Assembly: GCA_902464375.1 (NCBI GenBank) | Contig: CABQIM010000001.1 | Location: 1,567-65,566, forward strand | Length of the DNA stretch: 64,000 nucleotides | Direction: 5' to 3' | From: an uncultured bacterium | GTDB taxonomy: Bacteria > Cyanobacteriota > Vampirovibrionia > Gastranaerophilales > Gastranaerophilaceae | In this document: positions 36,048 to 45,622 of the stretch, piece after piece | Layout: each line of letters begins with the position of its first letter | How positions within the stretch are numbered: the first letter of the stretch is position 1 | Notes under the pieces: generated by a model | Database searches by the model: none | What the model was told of the DNA's origin: nothing | What the model saw: only the letters and a program-made list of their open reading frames with translations | Position numbers and translations under genes: made by a program

Positions 36048-39002
36048 CTACCAAACTTTTTTCACTTGAAAATACTTTTTACCATTTTTAGTAGATTTTA
36101 TTACATCCATAATGATATCATCCATAACCTCTAAATCGGCTTTCTTTTCTGTAGACAATGACCTCTTCCATTTTTTTAGAGCATTTCTAAAGTCATCACC
36201 ATCTACCATGCATTCATCAGTTCCAATAAGTTTAGAGTATTTTTTCGTGAACCATTTATTAAATTCTTTGTAACCGTCAGTAATCATATCTGATACAATT
36301 TGTGCATTTGTTAAAATGACATCCATATCTTTGAATACGTTTTCGTTGTACTTTCCGGATTTAATACCTACCGCATTAGAAATTTTACCGGTATTATAGC
36401 CTAATCCAAAGTATTCAATACCACGTTTTGCAGCTCCTGCAGCTTGTGCCAAGTCTGAAGAAATTCCGCTTGAACCATCCATATTGAAGAATGCTTTTTC
36501 ACAAGAATATCCGCCATACGCACAAACGATACTTGTAAATAATGCTTCAAACGGCAAGTCGGAATTTTCTTTTCTATTTTCGAACACAGCTCCTAAGAAG
36601 TTACCACGTGGATCAAGAGTTATGAAGTTAACTTCATGTGATTGGTGCCAAGGTTCACCTTTTCTTGCTAATATATCACCCATTACTTCTAAGTTAGTAG
36701 CGTGACCACATTCGTGAGAAGTTGTTGCACGTTTGTTATAATCAGGCATTTCCGGATGAGAGGTTCTTCCTGTTGAAAGCTGTAAATATGCTTCAATAAA
36801 ATCGCCCATAGAAGCTTTGTCTTTGCCACGTTCATACATGATTTGTTTTGTTTTATCAACCAAAGATTTGATTTCTACAAATGACATATACTCTGTCATC
36901 TTTACAAGTTTATCTACCATATGATTGAAATCTTCATCTTTTTTACATTCTACAGGCAAATTAGTATCTTTTATTCTGTTTGCAAGAATTTCACGTCTGG
37001 CTTTTTTATTAAAAGCAGGAGAATCTACTACTATAGATTGGCTAAAGCCTCTTGCAACCATTGGGATTGCATCTGCATAGTATTCGTCAGTAGAACCAAT
37101 TACTACAATGTTAACATCCTCGTTTACTGCTTTTTCCATTTCAGTAGTCAATTGTGACATAGCTTGTTTATACCCAGGGAGATAAGGTCCTGAGAACGCA
37201 AATTGTTCAAAATCACTTACATACAAAATGGCAGTTTTATAAGGGTTCTGTCTTGCAGCTTTTTTAGCTTCAGAGAAAACTCTTTTCATTGCATTTTTAG
37301 GGGTTTCTACGATGTGATTATCTTCGTCCCTTTCAGAATCAGCAAAGTCTGCAGTATTAATAGAAACAAACGGAACTTTTGCTTCTCCGGCAATTGTTTC
37401 TGCTGTATATTTTCTACCGGAACCTGCTTCCGGATCACGAGAATAAATCACAATACCTCTTGTTCCGATATTACCGGTCTTAATTTGTCTGATTATAGCC
37501 TCAATATCCTTTTTAGTTGTTTCTTTACCATACATTCTATCTAAAGTTTTGCCGGTATCATAAACAACACCTTGTTTTTGAGAACTTTTATCAAATAATT
37601 CATAGGCAATTTGAGCAAACTCATCTACATCTCCGCTTGCTATTTCTTGTTTTTGATTTCCGTAATAAGAAGAAATTCTTTTCATCAAATCCAAAGCTTT
37701 ATCCGGAAATACACCTTGCATATTTGCAGCGTGGAAAATTACTCTGTCTTTTGCTTCTTTTGAGAAAGGTGTTTTTATATCCTTTAACATATCATCAGTG
37801 ATGATTTCTTTTGCTTCATAAGTTTGAATAGGTGGAATTGAATATGTCAAATAGTTTTTGAACATTGCACCTAAACTTGGATCATTTACAAGTTTGTAAT
37901 ATACATCATTACTGTAGCAAAGGACTAATTTTATACCATCATCTTTGCTGTTTATAATTTGAGATAATCTCACAACACCTGCTATTTCATCCTTCTCATT
38001 TGTTGCTTGAGAATTTACAAGTAATTGATCCATATTTACAGTGATAATTTTATTTTCTTCCGGTGTACTTTCTTTTATCATCTCAATTTCTTTTAACAAA
38101 CCTACATCGTTGATTGAGTCTGACATAGTAAAGAATATTGTATTTTCTTGGTTAAAGTTTCCGTATTTTTGAGCATTAACAGTTTCAATAAGACTCGCTA
38201 CTAATCTATCAGCTTCTTTTTTATCTTCAAATGTAACATTCAAATTTGAGCCAAGAGCAAGTTTATTCCAAACGTCAATTGCTCTTTTATCATAAGCTGG
38301 CATATAATCTTTGTTAATTTCTTCTGTAGTCTTGTAGAATGTGTAACTTTGCATATCTTCTAAGAAAGATACCGGATATTTTGTTCCATCCGCAGATATT
38401 GTGTTAAACGCTGTACCAAGTAACATGTACGAATCCAGATAAGGAGTGTTAAGTTCTCTTAATTTTTTGTCAAATTTATCTGATAACTTAATATTACCAT
38501 CAGATTCAACTGTTGGCATTGCTTTTATAGCTTCGGCATTATTTTCTTGTAAATCTTGCATTGCGCCAAATAAATAATCTCTGGAATTTTCTGTTTCCAT
38601 CATATTTTTGCCGGAATATTGTTTTGCTAATTTTGTCATAGCAGACAAATCTTCTACACCACCGCTTTCAATAAGTTCCTTTGGTAAATCTTTTGCCAGA
38701 TTTACTGTATGTTGAATTTCAGCCTCTATAACGTGTTCCGGAGTAATTTCACCATGTCCTAATGTTATAGCAATATCCTTTGCATCATTTAATATTTCCT
38801 TAGCATCATCCGTAAAATTCAAATCGGTTTTATCTTCACTTGCTCTAAAAGTTATATAGCTCTTTGGCACACCGGATAATTCTGTATTATTTGGGTTTGT
38901 AACCGTATTTGCTGTATTTTTGGTATCACGTAACTTTGTAAAAGACCTTTTGTATGCAGGTATTTTTGCTGTTGCATCTGCTGAATTAATTCCTAATATC
39001 AC
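36048..39002 (-). CDS. Soluble AAA+/M41 zinc protease: Clp N-domain, degenerate Clp NBD1, FtsH-like AAA and peptidase M41
   Basis: FTDDAKEIL..A...A..LGH.EITPEH; FPDKALDLM; AGEAKVPFVSI; HECGH; GISSDL. Confidence 0.8.
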   Translation of the reverse strand: MILGINSADATAKIPAYKRSFTKLRDTKNTANTVTNPNNTELSGVPKSYITFRASEDKTDLNFTDDAKEILNDAKDIAITLGHGEITPEHVIEAEIQHTVNLAKDLPKELIESGGVEDLSAMTKLAKQYSGKNMMETENSRDYLFGAMQDLQENNAEAIKAMPTVESDGNIKLSDKFDKKLRELNTPYLDSYMLLGTAFNTISADGTKYPVSFLEDMQSYTFYKTTEEINKDYMPAYDKRAIDVWNKLALGSNLNVTFEDKKEADRLVASLIETVNAQKYGNFNQENTIFFTMSDSINDVGLLKEIEMIKESTPEENKIITVNMDQLLVNSQATNEKDEIAGVVRLSQIINSKDDGIKLVLCYSNDVYYKLVNDPSLGAMFKNYLTYSIPPIQTYEAKEIITDDMLKDIKTPFSKEAKDRVIFHAANMQGVFPDKALDLMKRISSYYGNQKQEIASGDVDEFAQIAYELFDKSSQKQGVVYDTGKTLDRMYGKETTKKDIEAIIRQIKTGNIGTRGIVIYSRDPEAGSGRKYTAETIAGEAKVPFVSINTADFADSERDEDNHIVETPKNAMKRVFSEAKKAARQNPYKTAILYVSDFEQFAFSGPYLPGYKQAMSQLTTEMEKAVNEDVNIVVIGSTDEYYADAIPMVARGFSQSIVVDSPAFNKKARREILANRIKDTNLPVECKKDEDFNHMVDKLVKMTEYMSFVEIKSLVDKTKQIMYERGKDKASMGDFIEAYLQLSTGRTSHPEMPDYNKRATTSHECGHATNLEVMGDILARKGEPWHQSHEVNFITLDPRGNFLGAVFENRKENSDLPFEALFTSIVCAYGGYSCEKAFFNMDGSSGISSDLAQAAGAAKRGIEYFGLGYNTGKISNAVGIKSGKYNENVFKDMDVILTNAQIVSDMITDGYKEFNKWFTKKYSKLIGTDECMVDGDDFRNALKKWKRSLSTEKKADLEVMDDIIMDVIKSTKNGKKYFQVKKVW

Positions 39003-39154
39003 TTTGTAATTCTCCTTAATCTATGTTATGTTAAGGTACCTAATTTTATTTTTTGCTATTTAGCTTAAAAAAAATTTACAATTAGTAATAGTTACTTTTT
39101 TAAATTTGTTACATGATATAATGTATTTATTATTTTGATAAGGAGAAAATATTA

Positions 39155-39484
39155 ATGAATACAGCAACTATCGTAGGCAGAGCAGGACAAGATGCTGAAA
39201 TCAAATATTTTGAATCAGGAAAAGTTAAAACGAATTTTTCTTTAGCCGTTGGCAGATGGGATTCAAAAACAAAAGAAGAAGTTACAGACTGGTTTAATAT
39301 TGAAGTTTGGGACAAACAAGCTGAATTTGCCGGCGAATACATAAAAAAAGGTCGTCAAGTTGCTGTAGATGGTAGAATTTCTATCAGCAAATGGACTGAT
39401 CAATCAGGCGAAGAAAGAGAAAGATTCTTGATTGTAGCAAACACAGTAAGATTATTAGGTTCTAAAAGAGACGCAGAACAATGA
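39155..39484 (+). CDS. ssb: Single-stranded DNA-binding protein
   Basis: IVGRAGQDAE, FSLAV, TDWFNIEVW, KKGRQVAVDGR. Confidence 0.92.
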   Translation: MNTATIVGRAGQDAEIKYFESGKVKTNFSLAVGRWDSKTKEEVTDWFNIEVWDKQAEFAGEYIKKGRQVAVDGRISISKWTDQSGEERERFLIVANTVRLLGSKRDAEQ

Positions 39485-40785
39485 TATTTTCTGACATAGT
39501 TGGAATAGTTGCGGACGATTTAACAGGCGCAAACGATACAGCGCTCCAATTTCACTTGGGAGGAGCTAATACAGAAATCTTGCTTAATCAGGATTACATT
39601 CCTAACAAAAAGCAAGAAACTGAAGTCTGGGCAGTTTCTACAGAATCAAGAAACATTCCGGCTAATCAAGCTGTTGAAAACGTCAAAAAAGCACTTAAAT
39701 CTTTCCAAGAGAATTTCTCGTTTGAATATTATTATAAAAAAATAGATTCAACAATGCGTGGAAACATTGCGCCGGAAACGCTTACTATGATAAATATTCT
39801 TGAATACGATGCAGCAATAATCATGCCGGCATTTCCACAAGAAGGAAGAATTACAGTTGGCGGTTATCACCTGCTTAAAGGTGTACCTTTAGGACGCACA
39901 GAAATGGCAATGGATCCGCATTCTCCAATTTTAGAATCCCACATTCCAACACTACTAAGATCTCAATTAGAAGAAAAAGATAGAGATATTGTAGGAATTG
40001 TTGATTTGAAAACCGTTATGAACGGCGCAGGTCCAATCTTAATTAAGATTAATGAATTGTTAAAAGAAGGTAAAAAACTTATCGTAGCTGATGCAGTGTC
40101 TATTACAGATATTGAGCAATTAGCTTTAGCGATAAAAAAATGCGAGAAAAAGCTTTTACCTACCGGAACTGCAGCCGGAGCTCAAGTGGTTGGTAAATGT
40201 TGGCTTTCAGGTATAGAAAGAGAACGTGAACCAATAAAATTAGAAAAATTGCCTAAATTCATAGTATCAGGTACAGCCACAAATATTACAGCAGAGCAAA
40301 TCACAAAGCTCGAAAATTCTGATGATTATAATGACATTAATTTTATAGCATTAGAAACATCCGATATTCTTGATGGCGTTGACAATGATATAGTAGAGAG
40401 AATTGTAACCAATCTAAGAAGCGGTGTGACAGTAACAGTTCACACTTCACACCTGATAGCAAATTTCGACGGATTTTCTGACGATTCATTTAACGCAGAG
40501 CTTACAAAAGACAAGCTTGCAAGCATGATTACAGATTATTTAGCAGCACTCACCAAAAGAGTCTTAGCCCAAATCAATGTTGTACTAATAACTCTTGGCG
40601 GTGAAACATCTTACAAATGCTGCAAAGCTATTAATACAAACGAGCTCCGTCTGATGGACGAAGTTGCACCCGCAATTTCATTATGTTCTGATGAAAACGG
40701 CAGATGGATTGTTACAAAATCAGGGAATTTAGGTAACACAAGAACTTTAATAGAAATTTTGGATTATTTTAAACATCATGAGTAA
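39481..40785 (+). CDS. Four-carbon acid sugar kinase family (DUF1537)
   Basis: ADDLTGANDT, YKKIDSTMRGN, PAFP..GR, GGETS, TKSGNLG. Confidence 0.88.
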   Translation: MIFSDIVGIVADDLTGANDTALQFHLGGANTEILLNQDYIPNKKQETEVWAVSTESRNIPANQAVENVKKALKSFQENFSFEYYYKKIDSTMRGNIAPETLTMINILEYDAAIIMPAFPQEGRITVGGYHLLKGVPLGRTEMAMDPHSPILESHIPTLLRSQLEEKDRDIVGIVDLKTVMNGAGPILIKINELLKEGKKLIVADAVSITDIEQLALAIKKCEKKLLPTGTAAGAQVVGKCWLSGIEREREPIKLEKLPKFIVSGTATNITAEQITKLENSDDYNDINFIALETSDILDGVDNDIVERIVTNLRSGVTVTVHTSHLIANFDGFSDDSFNAELTKDKLASMITDYLAALTKRVLAQINVVLITLGGETSYKCCKAINTNELRLMDEVAPAISLCSDENGRWIVTKSGNLGNTRTLIEILDYFKHHE

Positions 40786-41713
40786 TTACGCAAACAAAAT
40801 TGTTATAACAACCGGTGACCCAAACGGTATTGGCGCCGAAGTCACTATAAAAGCGCTTAATTTAATGAACTTGCCAGCTAGAGATATTGTAATAATTTCT
40901 AACTCAAAGGTTTTGAACACATACGGTTCTCTCCAAAACAATTATGAAATGATAGAAATTGATTATCCAAACAAAGTTATTCCGGGAGAAGTGTCAGCAG
41001 AAGCCGGAGAATTTGCGTTCAGAGCGCTAGAAAAAGCTTGTGAATTAAATCCAAAGTTTATCGTAACAGCGCCAACATCTAAAGAAGCAATGAATCTTGC
41101 AGGACATCACTACAAAGGACAAACCGAGATTTTAGAACATTTTCTTGCGCACGATGGACAAAAAGCTGAAATGTTATTTGTATCAAAAGATTTTAGAGTT
41201 CTTCTTTTAACACGCCATTGCGCCCTTAAAGATGTTAGTGATTTTATTACAAAAGAGCTTTTAATCGAAAAAACAGAACGCTTAAGAAGCTTTTTCCAAA
41301 ATAAATTAATGATAAAGAAGCCAAATTTTGCACTCTGTGCCCTGAATCCGCATGCCGGAGAACACGGTGTTATAGGAACAGAAGAAGACGAAAAAATCTT
41401 ACCGGCAATAGAAGCCGTACGCAAGCGCGGAATTAACATTACAAATCCGCTACCGGCTGACACGCTTTTTGTAAAAGCTGTTCAAAGTTATTTGCGTGGA
41501 GAAAAACAGATGTATGATTGCTACATAGCTTGCTACCACGATCAAGGTTTAATTCCAATAAAAGCCGTAGCCTCTGAAAAAACAGTAAATATGACAATAG
41601 GACTTGACATAATAAGAACATCTCCTAGTCATGGTACAGCGTTTGACATCGCTGGAAAGAATCTGGCTAACCCCGAATCAATGATTGAAGCCATCAAATA
41701 TTGCCTCTACTAG
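40778..41713 (+). CDS. pdxA: 4-hydroxythreonine-4-phosphate dehydrogenase (PdxA/PdxA2)
   Basis: GDPNGIGAE, TAPTSK, LNPHAGE, PADT, YHDQGLIP, IRTSPSHGTAFDIAG. Confidence 0.92.
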   Translation: MSNYANKIVITTGDPNGIGAEVTIKALNLMNLPARDIVIISNSKVLNTYGSLQNNYEMIEIDYPNKVIPGEVSAEAGEFAFRALEKACELNPKFIVTAPTSKEAMNLAGHHYKGQTEILEHFLAHDGQKAEMLFVSKDFRVLLLTRHCALKDVSDFITKELLIEKTERLRSFFQNKLMIKKPNFALCALNPHAGEHGVIGTEEDEKILPAIEAVRKRGINITNPLPADTLFVKAVQSYLRGEKQMYDCYIACYHDQGLIPIKAVASEKTVNMTIGLDIIRTSPSHGTAFDIAGKNLANPESMIEAIKYCLY

Positions 41714-42037
41714 GTGCTACGCACGTAGACATTGGGTCGGCTGCTTAGTGGTAATTACAAGATTATTTTATAGCTACTAGCTCCGCCTCGAAGTGAACTT
41801 ACAAGATTGATGTTGTATTTACCTACGCACGTAGACATTGGGTCGGCTGCTTAGTGGTAATTACAAGATTATTTTATAGCTACTGGCTTCGCCTCAAAGT
41901 AGGACTACAAGATTGATGTTGTATTTACCTACGCACGTAGACACAATTATCGGCTCCTTGGTAGTAAATTACTGATTTGTATTAAAATCGAAGTGAACTT
42001 ACAAGATTGATGTTGTATTTACCCCCACACGTAGACA
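41714..42037. repeat. Tandem array of about 106-bp units (CTACGCACGTAGAC module), reverse-complement relative of the second module of the 141-bp array
   Basis: Units start 41717, 41823, 41929, partial at about 42023. Confidence 0.88.
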
Positions 42038-42168
42038 CAAACATTTCTCCTTCGCCCCTTGCGGAAGAGGGATGGGATGAGGTGTACTACATACGTTGAT
42101 ATTTGGTCATAAATTAAAAATGGAAAGTTGTTTTTAAAACCAACTACTTTTTATCTACCAATTTGCCA

Positions 42169-42291
42169 CGTCATTGCGAGAAAATTTAGACTTTGTTCTT
42201 GCAGTACAACGAAAAACTTTGAGGATTTTCGTGGCAATCTAGAAATTAATTACATTAGATTACTTCGTCACTAAAGTTCCTCATAATAACA
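42169..42291. repeat. Palindromic intergenic element, copy 4 (inverted relative to copy 2)
   Basis: CGTCATTGCGAGAAAATT...TTTTCGTGGCAATCTA...GATTACTTCGTCACTAA..CCTCATAATAAC. Confidence 0.8.
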
Positions 42292-42339
42292 CAGCGCAAG
42301 ACTACAAGCTTAGAGTTTGATATACATTTATCCGCGCGA

Positions 42340-43002
42340 CTACTGTACATCAATAAACTTATGCACTTGCGGAATCAAACGAACTTTTTTATAATATTTT
42401 AAAGCCTTATCCAAAACTTTTTCCATAAAATCTGATTTAACTTCCGGTATAACACCATTCATTTTAGGTTGCAGAACAAGCTCTATATCATACTTGCTAC
42501 AAAGCTCACATGCCTGTTTTATTTCATCATCAGTTACGTCCTTACCAAAAACAACTTTTGCAAAGAGAATTTGCTTTGAAGCAATATTAAAAAACTTGTC
42601 ATGTTCCTTCCACAAAGGCTTTAGTCCAGTACAGCTTGACAGTTTTATATCCGCTGAAATATAAGTGACAGAATCAATAATTTCAGCTAATTCCTTATTA
42701 AGCGTTCCATTGGTTTCTAAGTATATAGGAAGTTCACATTTTGGCAAAAATTCTTTCATAAATTTCACATTCAAAAGTGGCTCTCCGCCTGTTAATGATA
42801 CGGAATGACAATCCAAATTATCATTAACAATATTTGCTAACTCATTTGCTGAATACTTTTTAGAATCACTTACACCAAATTCTGTATCGCAATAATTGCA
42901 ATTTAGATTACATCCACAAAATCTTATAAATAATTGTTTATACCCGATATATGGTCCTTCGCCTTGAATTGATGCGAAAATTTCTTTTATACTAGCTTCC
43001 AT
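42340..43002 (-). CDS. queE: 7-carboxy-7-deazaguanine synthase (radical SAM)
   Basis: EIFASIQGEG, FIRFCGCNLNCNYCDT, TGGEPL, LETNG, RLIPQVHK. Confidence 0.9.
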   Translation of the reverse strand: MEASIKEIFASIQGEGPYIGYKQLFIRFCGCNLNCNYCDTEFGVSDSKKYSANELANIVNDNLDCHSVSLTGGEPLLNVKFMKEFLPKCELPIYLETNGTLNKELAEIIDSVTYISADIKLSSCTGLKPLWKEHDKFFNIASKQILFAKVVFGKDVTDDEIKQACELCSKYDIELVLQPKMNGVIPEVKSDFMEKVLDKALKYYKKVRLIPQVHKFIDVQ

Positions 43003-43008
43003 TGATGA

Positions 43009-43989
43009 TTAAAATACCCTTTTACCACCTCGCAATTCCTGTAATTTTTTATACAAATCAATTTCTTCTACAGACAAATCTTGAGGAATTTGAATTTCTA
43101 CAGTTACTATCATATCACCAATTTTATCATTTTGCTTAATTCCGCAGCCTGAAAGACGAATTTTTTGTCCGTTCTTTGTATTCGGAGCAATTTTTAGAGA
43201 AACATTACCTATTAGAGTTGATATTATAATTTCGGTTCCTAAAACAGCTTCATATGGTGCTAGCGGAATATTTTTTAGAATATTTAACCCATCTGTTTTA
43301 TAATTTTGCGGTTCTCTAATATGAATCGTTAAGTACAAATCACCATTGCGACCACCATTTTTACCCTTTTCACCTTCTTCCGCCAATCTGATTTTTGAAC
43401 CATCTTTTATACCGGCAGGTATTTTCACACTAAATCTTTTATAAGAAGAAATATCCCCTTTTCCTTTGCAATAAGAACATTTATTACCATTTACAAATTT
43501 CCTTCCGCCACAATTTGGACATACTTGAGTTTGAAGCATATTGATAACTTTTGTAGTTCCACTAATAGCTTCAAACACAGAAATTTCAACATCAGAGAAA
43601 ATGTCTTCACCACGTTTTGGTGTTTTAATCTCTTTTTTAGGCTTAAAAAATTCTTCCCAATTAAAAGAGCTGGTTCTCTTTTCGTGCTGTGTTTCTTTGA
43701 AATTAGGATTTGTTGTATTTTTGTTGTATGTTGTACTTTTTTCAGTAGTCTTTGTTTGTTGACTGCTATAATTATAAAATTTTCTGGCTTTATCATAATC
43801 AGCTTTCTTTACAGAATTTGAGAGGATTTCGTAAGCTTCATTAATTTCTTTGAATTTTGCAATAATATCAGGAGAATTGCCTGCCACATCAGGGTGCCAC
43901 TTGCGAGCTAGCTTTCTGTATGCACACTTGATTTCATCCTGTGTCGAAAATTCTTCAATATCTAAAATTTTATAATAATCTTTAGTCAT
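43009..43989 (-). CDS. dnaJ: DnaJ-class co-chaperone with reduced zinc finger
   Basis: J-domain HPD, two CxxCxG motifs, VKIPAG, GDLYL. Confidence 0.8.
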   Translation of the reverse strand: MTKDYYKILDIEEFSTQDEIKCAYRKLARKWHPDVAGNSPDIIAKFKEINEAYEILSNSVKKADYDKARKFYNYSSQQTKTTEKSTTYNKNTTNPNFKETQHEKRTSSFNWEEFFKPKKEIKTPKRGEDIFSDVEISVFEAISGTTKVINMLQTQVCPNCGGRKFVNGNKCSYCKGKGDISSYKRFSVKIPAGIKDGSKIRLAEEGEKGKNGGRNGDLYLTIHIREPQNYKTDGLNILKNIPLAPYEAVLGTEIIISTLIGNVSLKIAPNTKNGQKIRLSGCGIKQNDKIGDMIVTVEIQIPQDLSVEEIDLYKKLQELRGGKRVF

Positions 43990-44088
43990 ATCCTAAATTT
44001 AATGATTGGAATATAAAAGTCAACATTTAGTCGGATATAAATTTATTACCTATTGAAAATGGTTTATAATAATGATATCATCAGTGTT

Positions 44089-44460
44089 ATGATTAAGAAG
44101 GGTTTATTATTATTTTTATCGGCATTTTTAATTTTACCGTCTTTTGCGGGAGAAGTTGAAAATGCAATCAACAAAGGTCATAATGTATTTTTATATTTGT
44201 ACACGCCAGATTGCAAATATTGCAAAATATATTCACCAATGTATAATAAATTAATGAAAGCACATAATGGTGAATTTTCGTTCATAAAAGTTGACGCTTC
44301 AACAAATTACGGTCGAAAATTGATGTATGAATATAGAGGTGGCTACGTTCCTTACGTAGTTATGATAAACAGCAAAAAGCATAAAGCTATGCAAATATTA
44401 CCAGACTGTTTAATGGACACAGTGTGTACTGAAAACGAAATGAAAAGATTTAGAAATTAG
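44089..44460 (+). CDS. Exported thioredoxin-like protein
   Basis: Signal peptide, CKYC, VP motif. Confidence 0.75.
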   Translation: MIKKGLLLFLSAFLILPSFAGEVENAINKGHNVFLYLYTPDCKYCKIYSPMYNKLMKAHNGEFSFIKVDASTNYGRKLMYEYRGGYVPYVVMINSKKHKAMQILPDCLMDTVCTENEMKRFRN

Positions 44461-44468
44461 GAGGGAAT

Positions 44469-45362
44469 ATGAAAGGTATCGTTTTAGCAGGAGGAGCAGG
44501 AACAAGATTATATCCGGCATCACAGCCAATATCTAAAATATTACTTCCTATTTACGATAAACCAATGATTTATTATCCGCTATCAACACTTATGCTTGCG
44601 GGGATTAAAGATATTTTGATTATTACCAATGAGTCTGATTATGATAATTTTATCAAACTTCTCGGTGACGGTTCTCAGTATGGTTTAAATTTGCAATACC
44701 GAATCCAATATGTACAAAGAGGTATCGCAGATGCATTTTTAATTGCAGAAGATTTTATTGATGGAGAAGACGTGGCATTAATTCTTGGTGACAACATTTT
44801 CCATGGTCATGGTTTCTCTACTATTATGAAAGATGCGTTAAAAAAACATTGCGGAGCAACGGTATTCGGATATACGGTAAAAGATCCAGAAAGATTTGGT
44901 GTAGTCGAATTTGACAGCAATAATAAAGCAATTTCTTTAGAAGAAAAACCGGCAAATCCGAAATCTAATTATGCTGTAACCGGTTTGTATTTCTATGATA
45001 ACAAAGTTTGCGATTACGCAAAACTTCTTAAACCATCCAAGCGCGGTGAATTGGAGATTACTGACCTTAATAAAATGTATCTTGAAAAAGGCGAACTTAA
45101 TGTCGAGATTCTTGGTAGAGGTTTTGCTTGGCTTGATACAGGAACGCACGATTCCATGTTACAAGCAAGTTTGTTTGTTCAAACAATGGAGCTAAATAAA
45201 GGTGTAAAGATTTCTTGTTTGGAAGAAATTGCTTACAACCAAGGTTTTATTTCAAAAGAAGAACTTTTGAATAAAATCGAAAAATACGGTTACAAGAATG
45301 AATATTACAATTATGTCCGCACTGTTATAGAACATCCAGATTTGATTGCTACGGGAGTGTAA
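44469..45362 (+). CDS. rfbA: Glucose-1-phosphate thymidylyltransferase
   Basis: KGIVLAGGAGTRLYP, YDKPMIYYPL, LGDNIF, EEKP, RGELEITD, WLDTGT. Confidence 0.95.
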   Translation: MKGIVLAGGAGTRLYPASQPISKILLPIYDKPMIYYPLSTLMLAGIKDILIITNESDYDNFIKLLGDGSQYGLNLQYRIQYVQRGIADAFLIAEDFIDGEDVALILGDNIFHGHGFSTIMKDALKKHCGATVFGYTVKDPERFGVVEFDSNNKAISLEEKPANPKSNYAVTGLYFYDNKVCDYAKLLKPSKRGELEITDLNKMYLEKGELNVEILGRGFAWLDTGTHDSMLQASLFVQTMELNKGVKISCLEEIAYNQGFISKEELLNKIEKYGYKNEYYNYVRTVIEHPDLIATGV

Positions 45363-45367
45363 AATAG

Positions 45368-45622
45368 TTGTCTAAAAGAATTTTACTAACATTATTATTT
45401 TTGTTAATGATATCTACCAGTGTTTATTCAGCATCTATCAATGCTGCGGCATATCGCACAATGCAAATGCAAACTTATCAAAGACAGCAATATCGAGCTA
45501 GAATGAATCAAAGACAAACTCCTTATTGGCAAGCCCAATCAAATTATCAGACAAGAAATAAAATGTATACAAGCTATCCAAGTTCGCAGTATAATATCAA
45601 TCAGTACGGTGGATATAGATAA
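45368..45622 (+). CDS. Small secreted Gln/Tyr-rich hypothetical protein
   Basis: Signal peptide then low-complexity Q/Y/N/R sequence; fills the operon gap exactly. Confidence 0.65.
   Translation: MSKRILLTLLFLLMISTSVYSASINAAAYRTMQMQTYQRQQYRARMNQRQTPYWQAQSNYQTRNKMYTSYPSSQYNINQYGGYR

Noticed and set aside
41714..42037. CRISPR array
   Set aside because: Whole 106-bp units repeat; there are no unique spacers.
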